Source of the DNA: a bacterium | Lineage (GTDB): Bacteria > Krumholzibacteriota > Krumholzibacteriia > LZORAL124-64-63 | Length of the DNA stretch: 64,000 nucleotides | Direction: 5' to 3' | Assembly: GCA_031441465.1 (NCBI GenBank) | Contig: JANOEP010000013.1 | Location: 1 to 64,000, forward strand | Part shown: positions 39,805 to 49,162 of the stretch, piece after piece | Position numbering within the stretch: position 1 is the first letter of the stretch | How the letters are laid out: each line of letters opens with the position of its first letter | Position numbers and translations under genes: made by a program | Notes under the pieces: model-generated | The model's database searches: none | Seen by the model: only the letters and a program-made list of their open reading frames with translations | Told to the model about the DNA's origin: nothing

Positions 39805-40953
39805 CTACCGGTGATCAGTGTCCAACCAATCATACTCCCAAGTCCATGGCATTCCCATATCGCCGAGGATCGCCAGGGCCAGTTCCGGATAAATGCGTTC
39901 GGCCCGGACGTCGTTGGCCAGCAGGACCAGGCAGCGCCGCCCGCTCTCCAGACCGATGACCATGTTCCCGGTCCAGTCGTTGTGGCCGCCCTTGAACCAC
40001 GCCGGCCCGTCCTCGTTCCGAAACGTGACCAGCCCGAGTCCGGTCGCCAGACCGATCGCCGCGTGGCGCGGCTCCGTCGCGGCATCGAGCGTCGGGAACT
40101 GGTGCGCCGAGGTGATCGGCGTTTGCGGGCGGACCAGTTCGGCGCGCGACGCCGCGCTGAGGCCGTCGCCGCGCACGATGCCGGCCCAGAGGCGCGCCTG
40201 GTCGTCGATGCAGGTGTCCATGGAACCCGCCGCGCTGACGCTGCCGCGCTCGTCGTGGGGTTCCATGGCGCCGTCGAGCCCGTAACCGTCGGCGAGGTCC
40301 GCCGCGAAGTCCGGACGCCAGGTCATGCTCGTGCGGGTCATGTCGAAGCGGTCGAAGACACGGGTCTGCATTTCACGGCCGACGTCCAGTCCGAGACCCT
40401 GCTCGAGGACGAGCTGCAGGATGTAGAAGCCCTCCCCCGAGTAGCCGTAACGGGTGCCGGGGTCGTGATGGAAGCGCAGCTTCCCGTCCGCCTCGAGCCA
40501 GCGGAAGTTGGCGAAGCCCGAGGTGTGGTTCAGCAGGATGCGCGGCGTCAGGGCGCGCCAGCGCTCGTCGGCCGCGAGATCGGCGTAGTCTTCGTATTCC
40601 GGCAGCGGGTGCGGCAACAGGTCCGCCACGGAAGCGTCCAGATCCAGCAGTCCTGCGTCGACGAGTTGCAGCACCAGGTAGGCGAACGCCGTCTTGGTCA
40701 ACGAGGCGCCGTACATGACGGTGCCGGTGGTCAGCGGCAGTTCACGCTCGAGATTGCGGCGGCCATAGGCGGCGACGTGCACGATCCGCCCGTCCGCGAC
40801 GACGGCCAGGGCGAGGCCCTGCACGTCTTCGCGCGCCATCAGGCGCAGCGCCGCGGCGTCGATGGCGGCAACATCCGGCAGCGGCCGATTTCCCGATGTC
40901 GCGGCGCAGCCCGCCAGAAGCAGAGCGGCCAGCAGCGTGAGCAACGGTTTCAT
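39805..40953 (-). CDS. Serine hydrolase (beta-lactamase family) lipoprotein
   Basis: LAGC lipobox, SLTK, LLNHTSG, YGYSG, KGG. Confidence 0.9.
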   Translation of the reverse strand: MKPLLTLLAALLLAGCAATSGNRPLPDVAAIDAAALRLMAREDVQGLALAVVADGRIVHVAAYGRRNLERELPLTTGTVMYGASLTKTAFAYLVLQLVDAGLLDLDASVADLLPHPLPEYEDYADLAADERWRALTPRILLNHTSGFANFRWLEADGKLRFHHDPGTRYGYSGEGFYILQLVLEQGLGLDVGREMQTRVFDRFDMTRTSMTWRPDFAADLADGYGLDGAMEPHDERGSVSAAGSMDTCIDDQARLWAGIVRGDGLSAASRAELVRPQTPITSAHQFPTLDAATEPRHAAIGLATGLGLVTFRNEDGPAWFKGGHNDWTGNMVIGLESGRRCLVLLANDVRAERIYPELALAILGDMGMPWTWEYDWLDTDHR

Positions 40954-41150
40954 GTCGGGATGTTCCTGTGGTTGGAAGGTGCCGCACGGTATCGGCGGCG
41001 GTGCGGATGGTGTCCGGAACGAATGGCTGGCTCCGCTCATCGTCGGTCATGCGGTGTTCCTGGCGCGAGCAGCCGTTCGTCAGGATATGCCGACCAGAGC
41101 ATGAACAGTAATATCAATATCTCCCTGCCGCTCCCCTCCCTGGTTGCGGC

Positions 41151-41178
41151 AAAAGGCCCCGGGGTTGAACCCGGGGCC
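41151..41178 (-). terminator. Intrinsic terminator
   Basis: GGCCCCGGG/CCCGGGGCC stem followed by TTTT on the minus strand, after the 41207 stop. Confidence 0.7.
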
Positions 41179-41206
41179 GGGGCGAGGTCGGCTCGATCGC
41201 TGCAAC

Positions 41207-42484
41207 TTACTTGATGAGAACGACTTTCTGCACTTCCCGGCGGTTGCCGACGTCGATCCGCCCGAAGTAGACACCCGAGGGCAGGTGCCGGCCGTCGTCG
41301 GCGATACCGTCCCACGACACCTCGTGAACGCCGCCGACCTGGTCCTCGCTCAGCAGCGTGCGCACGAGTTCGCCCTGCGCGTCGAAGACGCGGATCTGCA
41401 CACGGTCCTGCTGCGGCAGCGTGTAGGCGAAGGTCGTCAGCGGGTTGAACGGGTTCGGGTAGCTGCGCAGCCCCAGCAGGTCGACCAGAGCGGGAGGCAG
41501 GCCGGTGACGCTCTCGGTGGTGACCTCGTGCAGCGGCGCCGCGGACAGGCTCACATCCATCGGGCCGCTGTGCGTGTTGACCACGAAGCCCTGCACGGCC
41601 ACGTTGCCGGCGTCGCCCGAGACGACGATCACCGAGGAGACCGCGGCGGAGATGACCGCGCCGCCGGGCAGGGCCCCGCCGAGCCGGAAGGAACTCTTGC
41701 GCGTGGCGTCGTCGAGGCTGGTGGAGCAGGGATTGCAGACCGGCGTCCCAACGGCGTCGGTCAGCAGCTCGCCCGACTCCTGGTCGAAGAGGTAGACGTC
41801 CACGGTGGCGCCGGATCCCGGCGGCGTGCCGGCCTGGCCGCCCACGTAGGTCATGAACATCGTCGTGTCGAAGCACCAGGTGGTACCGCCGCCGCTGCCG
41901 GTCGCATACTTCATGTTGTCCATCGTGAAGACGCGGCCGCAGGCGAAGGCCGCGGACTTGGCGGGGGCATTGATCGGCACGGGATCGAAGCCGAAGACGG
42001 ACAGATCGAAAGCGCTGGTGTGGGAGTTGACGACGAAACCCGAAACGGCGACGTCGTCGCCCGTGCCCGGCACGTCGACGACCGCGTAGCCGGTCAACGC
42101 GTTCGGCATGCCGCCGGCCGCGAGGCACAGCTCCTCCACGCTCAGGCTTAAATTGCGGTTCGCGGGCCCGATCCCGTAGGTGCAGGGGTTGCAGACCACG
42201 GCGCCTCCCGAGCTGCGCAGCGGCGAGCCGTCGTTGGCGAAGAGGTAGAGGGAAACCGGCAGCGGGTCTTCGACGCCCCCGACGCAGGCGACGCCGCCCG
42301 CGTAGGTGAAGTACATGGTCGTGTCGAAGGTGTAGACGGTGTTGGTGATCCGGCCGCTCGTTTCGAGCACGTGCGGGAAGCTGAAAGTGCGGGCGGCGGC
42401 CGTGCCGGCCCAAGCCAGCAGGGACAGGGAGATCAACGCGGCCAGACGTCGATTCCGGAGCGAGTCGGCGAGAACTTGCATCAT
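41207..42484 (-). CDS. Secreted protein with two tandem CxxC-containing domains and FlgD-Ig type C-terminal domain
   Basis: Signal peptide; FDTTM, VCNPC and GFVVN(S/T)H each occur twice; YPNPFNP..WDG..GVYF tail. Confidence 0.8.
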   Translation of the reverse strand: MMQVLADSLRNRRLAALISLSLLAWAGTAAARTFSFPHVLETSGRITNTVYTFDTTMYFTYAGGVACVGGVEDPLPVSLYLFANDGSPLRSSGGAVVCNPCTYGIGPANRNLSLSVEELCLAAGGMPNALTGYAVVDVPGTGDDVAVSGFVVNSHTSAFDLSVFGFDPVPINAPAKSAAFACGRVFTMDNMKYATGSGGGTTWCFDTTMFMTYVGGQAGTPPGSGATVDVYLFDQESGELLTDAVGTPVCNPCSTSLDDATRKSSFRLGGALPGGAVISAAVSSVIVVSGDAGNVAVQGFVVNTHSGPMDVSLSAAPLHEVTTESVTGLPPALVDLLGLRSYPNPFNPLTTFAYTLPQQDRVQIRVFDAQGELVRTLLSEDQVGGVHEVSWDGIADDGRHLPSGVYFGRIDVGNRREVQKVVLIK

Positions 42485-42527
42485 CCGGACTCCTTGGTGT
42501 GGGATAAGAGAACGAATTTCGTCCCGA

Positions 42528-42536
42528 ATTATAGCA
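42528..42536 (-). promoter_or_regulatory. Extended -10 element
   Basis: TGCTATAAT in an AT-rich gap, about 45 bp upstream of ATG 42484. Confidence 0.45.
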
Positions 42537-42591
42537 GGTAGTCGGCCGGAATCAGTATCAATAGAGTCTTAATTAACGAATGATAAACAAT

Positions 42592-43683
42592 CTAAGGTGA
42601 CGTCGACTCCCCCGACGCCAACCGCTGCCCGAAGTCCGCCACCCAACCGTCGAAATCCGGGCCGTAGATCCGGCGCGCCGCCTCCGGGGTCTGCTCCCGG
42701 TAGAGTTCGAGGAACTTCTCGCGCCCGCCGCGATCGACCAGCATGGCGACGAAGGCGCCCGCCAGGGGGTAACTGATCTCGGTGGCGAGCAGGCGCCAAT
42801 CCGCCCACAAGGCGAGCATGTCCGGGCGGCGGTCCGCGGGCAGCAAGGACCAGGCGTTCGCTGCCAGGGCGAACCGGTCGAGACGCCGCTGGTCGTGGAA
42901 GATGGCGGCGCCTTCCGAGAGGAGGCCGGATGGGCGTCGAGGCGTCACCGCGTGGTTGGCGATCACATGGGTCATCTCGTGACCCAGGGTCTGCCTGGCC
43001 AACGAGTGGATGAGCGAGACCTGGAAACGGGAGAACCCCAGTGTCGGCAGTCCGGCTTTCTGCGCCTCCTCGTTCGAAGTCCAGACATAGAAGCGGATCC
43101 TGCGGCCCGGCCCGCCGCCGAACCAGGCCTCGATCACGGCGAACGCCGCCTCGTGCTGCCGCGCGAAGGAATCGAAGTCGATGTCCTCCAGCAGCGGCGA
43201 GAACCGGAATTCGAAGTGCTCGGTGTCGCGCGCGGTCCACGCGGCGTAGGTCCCGTCCTCGACGAGGCTGGTGAGGTAGAGCTTCGCCATCGCGGTGGCG
43301 TTCTTCGTCGCGTTGACCTCGCGGGCGGCGTCCCAGGCCCGGCGCGCGGCCTCGTCCTCGCCCGCGTCGTAGCGGCAGACGCCAAGGTACACCTGGCACC
43401 AGGCGTGGACCCAGGTCAGCGCCGTATCGGCGGCGGCCGCCCGCTCAAGGTAGGGCACGGCGTCCGCGAAGCGGCCCTGGTCCGCGAGGATGCGCCCCAT
43501 GAAGTGATTCAACAGCGCGTCGTCTGGCTCCCGGTCGAGCAGGCTGTCGCAGCGGGCCGACGCCTCGCCGTAGCACCCCTTGCCGTAGAGCTCCTCCAGG
43601 AGCGCGTCCTTCCCCGCGGCGGCCACAACCGGGATACTGCCCGCAAGCAGCAGGCACAACGCCAGGATCGGGCGCACGCTCAT
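42592..43683 (-). CDS. Secreted TPR protein with gluzincin-like peptidase domain
   Basis: Signal peptide, TPR-like helices, HEMTH followed by LSEGAA. Confidence 0.75.
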   Translation of the reverse strand: MSVRPILALCLLLAGSIPVVAAAGKDALLEELYGKGCYGEASARCDSLLDREPDDALLNHFMGRILADQGRFADAVPYLERAAAADTALTWVHAWCQVYLGVCRYDAGEDEAARRAWDAAREVNATKNATAMAKLYLTSLVEDGTYAAWTARDTEHFEFRFSPLLEDIDFDSFARQHEAAFAVIEAWFGGGPGRRIRFYVWTSNEEAQKAGLPTLGFSRFQVSLIHSLARQTLGHEMTHVIANHAVTPRRPSGLLSEGAAIFHDQRRLDRFALAANAWSLLPADRRPDMLALWADWRLLATEISYPLAGAFVAMLVDRGGREKFLELYREQTPEAARRIYGPDFDGWVADFGQRLASGESTSP

Positions 43684-44156
43684 GAAGTCCCCCGTCCGCC
43701 GCGTTCCCGCCACGCCCGGATCCCCGCGGCGTGCTTCGGGTAGTGGCCGAAAGTGTCGAAGCGCAGCCGCCGGCGGAAGCGCGTCTCTCGCAAGAGCTGG
43801 TCCCCGGGCACCGACTCCAGGTAGTCGACGAGCCGCCGGTGGACTTTTTCCCGTCGCGCCAGCACCTCCGGCAGCGGCACTCCTCGCAGGCGCTCGGTCA
43901 TCAGCGCGTTGAAGGCGTCGATACCCCCGTAGGTGACGGAATAGCGCGGCGGCCGCCCGCCGTCCAGGATGTGGGGCAGGTGCTTCAGCGCCTCCTCTTC
44001 CCACACCGTCACGTGCGCGACGATGTCGCGGACCGACCAGTTGCCGGTGACGCCGGGCGAGAGCAGGTCCGCGTCCGTGAGGTCCACGTAGGAATCCAGG
44101 AGGTCGCGCCAGGCGGCGTCCAGGCGGTCGAGGGTCCGGATGCGCTTCATGTCCAC
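43680..44156 (-). CDS. DinB / four-helix bundle family protein
   Basis: WSVRDIVAHVTVWE, HYPKH. Confidence 0.85.
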   Translation of the reverse strand: MDMKRIRTLDRLDAAWRDLLDSYVDLTDADLLSPGVTGNWSVRDIVAHVTVWEEEALKHLPHILDGGRPPRYSVTYGGIDAFNALMTERLRGVPLPEVLARREKVHRRLVDYLESVPGDQLLRETRFRRRLRFDTFGHYPKHAAGIRAWRERGGRGTS

Positions 44157-44159
44157 TTC

Positions 44160-44339
44160 CTAGACATCGGTCAATACCGCCGCGAACGTGTCGAGGAACC
44201 CCTCGACGTCCGCGGCTTCGATCGTGAGGACAGGATCGATCCGCAACACGGCGAGACCGGGCCGTCGTCCCGTGATGTACCCGCGCTGCACCATTTCTCG
44301 GTGGACGTGCGTCGTGAACGCAGCGTCGGGTTCGTCCAC
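44160..44339 (-). pseudogene. C-terminal fragment of a class III aminotransferase
   Basis: Manual translation ...HREMVQRGYITGRRPGLAVLRIDPVLTIEAADVEGFLDTFAAVLTDV* resembles the VLRxxPPLTI tail; in-frame stop shortly upstream. Confidence 0.5.
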
Positions 44340-44440
44340 CGAAATCCGCCCGCGCCTGTATCTGCTTTTCGAATATCACCGTTAGCGCGCAGCCCTTGGA
44401 CCGCGTCCAGGATACTCCCCCGTGCCAGCGAGGTAAAGCA

Positions 44441-44480
44441 CATCGGGGTCCCCGCGGCCTGCGCCACGGGAACCCCGATG
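44441..44480 (-). terminator. Hairpin, probable terminator of the decayed gene copy
   Basis: CATCGGGGTCCCCGCGGC/GCCACGGGAACCCCGATG, 16 of 18 positions complementary. Confidence 0.5.
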
Positions 44481-44514
44481 TCGTCCTGCGTTCCCGGCCA
44501 ATCCACCGGTCGCC

Positions 44515-45117
44515 TCATTCAACAGGAGCATCTTGCGCGTGGACACGCTGTCCGTTCCCGAGAGCCGCGCGAAGTAGGTGCCGCTGGCCACGCCGTTGCC
44601 GTCGTCGTCGCGGCCGTCGCGCGCGAGGTCGAAGGCGATCCGCGTGCTGGGGTTGAGCGGGTTGGGCGTGATCTCCCGCACCGCCGTCACGGCGGGCGGG
44701 CCGCCGTCCCCCGGCACCGGCGTGGTGCCCGGGTTGAAGGTCAGCTCGTACTGCCCCGCCTTGGCGACGTCGGCCGCGCCGGTCTTCCAGATCGCGAGGC
44801 AGTAGTAACCGTCCTGCGGCACGATCGCGGGCAGGTTCTCGTCCTGGCCGGCGCCGGCGATCCAGCTCTGGGCGACGATGCCGGCCGAGGCCGACTTGGC
44901 GTAGTACGGCAGCTGGCCGCGGTGCAGGGTCAGGCCCCAGTCGACGCCGTCGCCGCCCGTGTCGCGCAGTTCGATCAACAGCGGTCCGGCCGGCAGCCAG
45001 ACATCGTACAGCTTGATCAGGTTCGTGGCGCCGAAGTTGAAGGGGCCGTAGTCGCCCTGCGGGTCGTTGTCCAGCCAGGACGACACCGCCGCGTGCACGC
45101 GGAAGTCCTGGTTACCC
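44515..45117 (-). pseudogene. Decayed duplicate of the 3' end of the 49160-53683 gene
   Basis: About 95% nucleotide identity (manual count) to 49160-49845; 99-bp internal deletion, 1-bp deletion at the stop codon, no 5' part. Confidence 0.9.
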
Positions 45118-45231
45118 AAGGATATCGACAACGGAGATTGTTACGCTTGGATTAGTTCCTGTAAGGGCTCACGGCCTGCGCGTCCGCCAGAATACTAAGT
45201 TCCAGGAGAGAAACCATTTAATATCCGATCT

Positions 45232-45702
45232 TCAAAACTCTGAATTGTCTTGTCGTCGCCAGGAGATCTCTCCTGACTTGATCAGCTTGAATATGACACT
45301 GACACCCGCCAAGGCTATTAGAGCGCCAGCACCAACGCCAACGGGTTTTGTGAAGGTTCCGTGCCATGTGGCGGCGTTTGCGGCGAGTACTGCTCCAAAC
45401 GCCGCTATGCCAGAGCCCAATAGGGCTTCTTCACAAGTCTGCCGCCCAAGAGAAAAAACAATGAGGCCAAAGCGGTAAGGGCAGCTGCTGTCGTCCGGTT
45501 CGAGCTGATCGGGGCTGTGGGAAGGCGCGCGGTTTGCTGATGGTGAGGCCGGGGCTTCGCCGGGAGCGGCGGAGACCGCTCCGGGATTAGAGGCTACGCC
45601 ATCCGTGATCAATCCTACATCAAGTGCTCGGTCTACCCTGCGGATGGAAACAAAGGGGCCATCCCCGGAGGAAAGCCGCCCCCCGCAATCTCGCTCTGTC
45701 AT
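45232..45702 (-). CDS. Hypothetical lower-GC membrane protein (possibly a fragment)
   Basis: Two C-terminal hydrophobic segments; base composition differs from the flanks. Confidence 0.35.
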   Translation of the reverse strand: MTERDCGGRLSSGDGPFVSIRRVDRALDVGLITDGVASNPGAVSAAPGEAPASPSANRAPSHSPDQLEPDDSSCPYRFGLIVFSLGRQTCEEALLGSGIAAFGAVLAANAATWHGTFTKPVGVGAGALIALAGVSVIFKLIKSGEISWRRQDNSEF

Positions 45703-45710
45703 AACTTACC

Positions 45711-46351
45711 CCATGATTGCATAAATCCGAACACACGAGAGACCCAATAAGGCTGAAAGACGGCTCCAAACATGGGATTATGTGATTACCAAGCCACAAA
45801 AACCCACGTCAAAGGAAGCCGTCTTTCATGAGATCCAGTACAGCACAGATTTTGAGCGGTGTCCACGCCATTGCGGCCGTCCGTTTCACCGACTAGGCAT
45901 TGACCTCCGCGAGCGGGCTGGTCCTTTTCCAACTCCTGTTCAACCGCCTCTGCTTGCGCGAGAAGCTTCGCCGGTGTTGTCGCCATGTCAGTGGCGTTGG
46001 CGACTTCAAGTTGCCCGAGCTGTTCCTAACCTTGGTCATCCACATCCTCCTCGGTTTCCGCAAACTCGACGCGATCCGGTTCTACAGAGACGATCCGCTG
46101 GTGCTACGCGTGCTCGGCTTGCGCCGGTTGCCGGACGTCTCGACCATCAGACGGCGGGGCGGAGCGACGGCTGGGAGTGAACCTGTGAGCAGGTCTATGA
46201 CGAACCGATGGTCGCCTGAAAACAGCGCGGTGGACGGGCTGCTGTGTTCACGATGGCCGCTCTCGGCTCAAGGGCGGCCGGAATCGGCGGATTCGCGTGG
46301 AGGATTCGGGGGGGGATTGACGGGCGAAGACCGGGTGCGTCACAATCAAGC
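45711..46351 (+). mobile_element. IS1380-family remnant (5' part of transposase, inactivated)
   Basis: From ATG 45828: MRSSTAQI...VRFTD*ALTSASGLVLF...LLGFRKL..YRDDPLVLRVLGLRRLPDVSTIRR with an in-frame TAG, then similarity is lost. Ends are tentative. Confidence 0.7.
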
Positions 46352-46535
46352 GGTCCGCACAGGGTCTGGTCGGGAGAATAGGCGGTTGTCCGTCCTATTC
46401 CCGAGGCGATCTTCTATTCGCTACTGATCGTCGCCTTGCTTGAACGCGGCGAGCCCTTGACCCTCGATGAGGTAGCCCGGCATCTCGAAGAGTTGGGAGT
46501 GACCACTGCGGTTCGCGCTCTGGCCTCCTATTCAT

Positions 46536-47765
46536 TCAGTCCAGCTTCGGGAACATTGCCGCGATCTCCCTGATCCTCCTCTTGACGACTCCCGCCGTGT
46601 CAGCGTGAGCCGGCCAGTGGGCCACGGCAGACCGTACGTCCTCCAGTATCTCGCCGACTTCGCGTGCCGAGAGGCCGGCCTGCTCGCCGATCCGCAGCAG
46701 GTGGGCACGTTGCGGGTGTTTGCCTTCGCCGGCCACGGTCATGGAGTGCTCGCCGCCGGGGCCGGAGGCAAAGACCAGGTCATATGCTGGAGACAGGGAC
46801 CATTCGCCGGATCGCTCGTCCAGGGTAAAGGCGAAGTTCTTCACGTGGTCGTCGCGATTGTGGGCCGCCACATTGAATGCCAGGCGCCGGTATGCGCGTG
46901 TAACCTGGCGCTGATCGCGGGTAAGCAGGCTGGTGGCCTTGATCAAGTCGGCGTAGTCCGACGATGGAATGCGAAAGTCCGCGTGGATGAGGTTGCCGAA
47001 CGTATGCACATGGACCCGCCGGTGGCCGTCGCGATCGAACCGCCGAACGCCGAAGAACCGCCCACCGTCGGCGGTCGCGAAGAGCCGGGTCGCCGGCATG
47101 TCGATTCCGGCTTCACGCGCCATGAGCGAATAGGCGTACTCGATCGGTCCTGCATCGTCGTGGTCGGTGGGAGCCGCGAACTTGACGATCCACGGTTCGT
47201 AGCCGAGGGGAGGGTCGTCGGCGCCGGAGATGACCTCGTCACGGTCGAGCCGCAGGCTCACCAGGACCTTGGGGCGAGCGCCTCCGGGGGATCCGCCCGC
47301 GCGTAGGAGGCGAGGCAACACCTCCCGTGTCGCGCCGATGAGGATGGCATGAGCCTCTTGGGCCATATCGTGCAGATCGAGGCGGAGATTGTCGACGTCG
47401 TCCTCATCCGTCGACGGGCGGTAAGTCAGGGCTCCCAAGGTGCGCTGGCCGAGCCACGCTAGCCGATCGAGCGGCGTGATCGCGCCCGGCTGCAGGCCGA
47501 GCGTCCGGAAATGGCGGTCCATCAACAGGAGTCCCCAGCCGTCGGGCAGCGAGTCGTCGAAGACGCCAGGCAGGGGTCCAAACTCACGGTCGCGATGTTC
47601 GATCAGCCCGGGCTGGAGCGGCAGGCGAAACGGCGAAAGCTCCAGCCCGCGGTGGAGAAAAGTCGCGTCGTACTGGAAGTAGATCCGACCGTGGTCCTCG
47701 GCCAGGGTGCCGACCGACACGTCGTCGCCGGGGCCGCGACGAAGGCGAACGTCGAGCTTCCTCAT
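46536..47765 (-). CDS. hipA: HipA family kinase toxin (N- and C-domains fused)
   Basis: DSLPDGWG, GSPGGARPK, RRFDR, NRDDHVKNF, LSPAYDL. Confidence 0.93.
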   Translation of the reverse strand: MRKLDVRLRRGPGDDVSVGTLAEDHGRIYFQYDATFLHRGLELSPFRLPLQPGLIEHRDREFGPLPGVFDDSLPDGWGLLLMDRHFRTLGLQPGAITPLDRLAWLGQRTLGALTYRPSTDEDDVDNLRLDLHDMAQEAHAILIGATREVLPRLLRAGGSPGGARPKVLVSLRLDRDEVISGADDPPLGYEPWIVKFAAPTDHDDAGPIEYAYSLMAREAGIDMPATRLFATADGGRFFGVRRFDRDGHRRVHVHTFGNLIHADFRIPSSDYADLIKATSLLTRDQRQVTRAYRRLAFNVAAHNRDDHVKNFAFTLDERSGEWSLSPAYDLVFASGPGGEHSMTVAGEGKHPQRAHLLRIGEQAGLSAREVGEILEDVRSAVAHWPAHADTAGVVKRRIREIAAMFPKLD

Positions 47766-48073
47766 CGGCGACCTCTTTTGCGGACGGGCGGCATGACCAG
47801 CCGTTCCAGGTCCTCGAGGGTCTGGGCCGCCGGCGGCTGCCAGAGTTGTTCCAACTCGTCGAGACGGCCCAGCGCGTGCGCGACCTTCAGCACCAGTTCC
47901 AGCGACGCCTTCCCGGTGGTCTCGAATCGTTTGAGGGACGCCGGGGTGACGCCTGCCCGCGCCGCCAGAGTCGCGCGGGTCCAGGCCCTATGAAGACGCA
48001 GGCTACGAAGGCGTTCAGACAGAAGTCCGCCCATTTCCGGAGCTGAGTACATCGAGAGGGGTGGTTCAGTCAT
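47762..48073 (-). CDS. XRE/HipB-like HTH antitoxin
   Basis: LAARAGVTPASLKRFE HTH; ATGA overlap with hipA. Confidence 0.88.
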   Translation of the reverse strand: MTEPPLSMYSAPEMGGLLSERLRSLRLHRAWTRATLAARAGVTPASLKRFETTGKASLELVLKVAHALGRLDELEQLWQPPAAQTLEDLERLVMPPVRKRGRR

Positions 48074-48103
48074 GGGTTTACGATACCACGAAATTTAATA
48101 TAG

Positions 48104-48157
48104 GTCAACATATTATCCGTAACAATAATATATAATAGAAACAGACAATATATTGCC
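48104..48157. promoter_or_regulatory. Three 14-bp operator-like sites at 20-bp spacing upstream of hipBA
   Basis: GTCAACATATTATC (48104), AATAATATATAATA (48124), GACAATATATTGCC (48144). Confidence 0.55.
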
Positions 48158-48190
48158 CATATTGGGTCGGTCCTGGTTTCCGACGAAAGC

Positions 48191-48237
48191 TGCGTATTCC
48201 GATTGAATTCGGCCACCCATGACCGGGTGAAATGGCC
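48191..48237. mobile_element. Possible isolated IS21-family terminal repeat
   Basis: TGCGTATTCCGATTGAATTCGGCCACCCATGACCGGGTGAAATGGCC resembles the internally repeated TG-ended termini of IS21-type elements (from recall); no istA/istB present. Confidence 0.4.
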
Positions 48238-48436
48238 GGCAGCGACAGGTGTCAAGCGACACCCACCCTTACGCACTAAGGCGACATCCACATTTACGCA
48301 CCTTCCCCCCGGTGAACTGACAGCGAGACATATGTTTGCCGGTCTACCTCCTTCCTACGACGACATCCAGTGCTCCACTCACGCCTGCTGAGCGACCAGG
48401 CGTTCCAGATCCCGTAGCCGGTAACTGCGGCGCGAG

Positions 48437-48898
48437 ATGAGCGGGCCGATGCAGACGGTGCTGGCCAGCGAGCTGCAGCACCTGGAGTACCTGGAGGCCA
48501 ACTTCCGTTCCCTGGAGGCGGCGATCACCGAGGTCTCCTGCCAGGATCCCTGGCGCAAGCCGGTGGAGGCGCTGTGCTGCTTCCGCGGGATCAAGACGCT
48601 CACGGCGATGACCATCGTCAGCGGGATCGGGGACATCAAGCGCATCGGTTCGCGGCGGGTGCTGGTGGAAAGCGCGTGGCACGACAGCAAGCGAGCAGGA
48701 TCGACGCTGCGGTTGCAACGGCGCCGCATGGGCCAGGATCCGACCATCGTCGGCATCGCGGTCAAGGCCCAGCACCGGATCGAGCGTCGCTACCATCATC
48801 TGGCGCGGACCAAGCACACCAACAAGGCGATCACGGCCGTCGCACGCGAGCTGTGCGGCTTCCTGTGGTCGGCGTTGCGGGAAGTCGAGGGCCGCTAG
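48437..48898 (+). pseudogene. IS110-family transposase remnant
   Basis: CFRGIKTLTAMTIV..IGDIKR, RRVLVESAW, KAQHR, AVARELCGFLW; the RuvC-like N-terminus and the GLVP..SG..ITKxG segment are missing. Confidence 0.85.
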
Positions 48899-49162
48899 CG
48901 GTTGCGGCCGACAGGGCGTGAGGGAAGAGGCGGGCCAGGGGGAACCCTCGTCTCAAATATGCGACGGGCTCCGACCCGACTCGCGTTCTTAGAGTGAGGC
49001 AGCTCCGGACGGGCAGAATCTTGTGCGGTAACCAATCCGCGGATATCAGTCTGATCGACCGTCGACGAAGCCTCTTCCCTCCGATCAGCAGAAAGGCCCC
49101 GGCCGTTGCCGGCCGGGGCCCAGGGACAGGCATGTTCTCAGTTGACTAGCCGCTCCATATCA
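48899..49162 (+). ncRNA. IS110/IS1111-type right-end non-coding region, candidate bridge/seek RNA
   Basis: Perfect 12-bp closing helix 48920-48931/49070-49081, internal hairpins, 11-bp hairpin 49095-49120, end TTGAC...CCATATCA. Confidence 0.55.

Noticed and set aside
45118..45710. Integron cassette
   Set aside because: A GTTATG start and a GCGTAAC are present, but there is no complete attC palindrome and no integrase.
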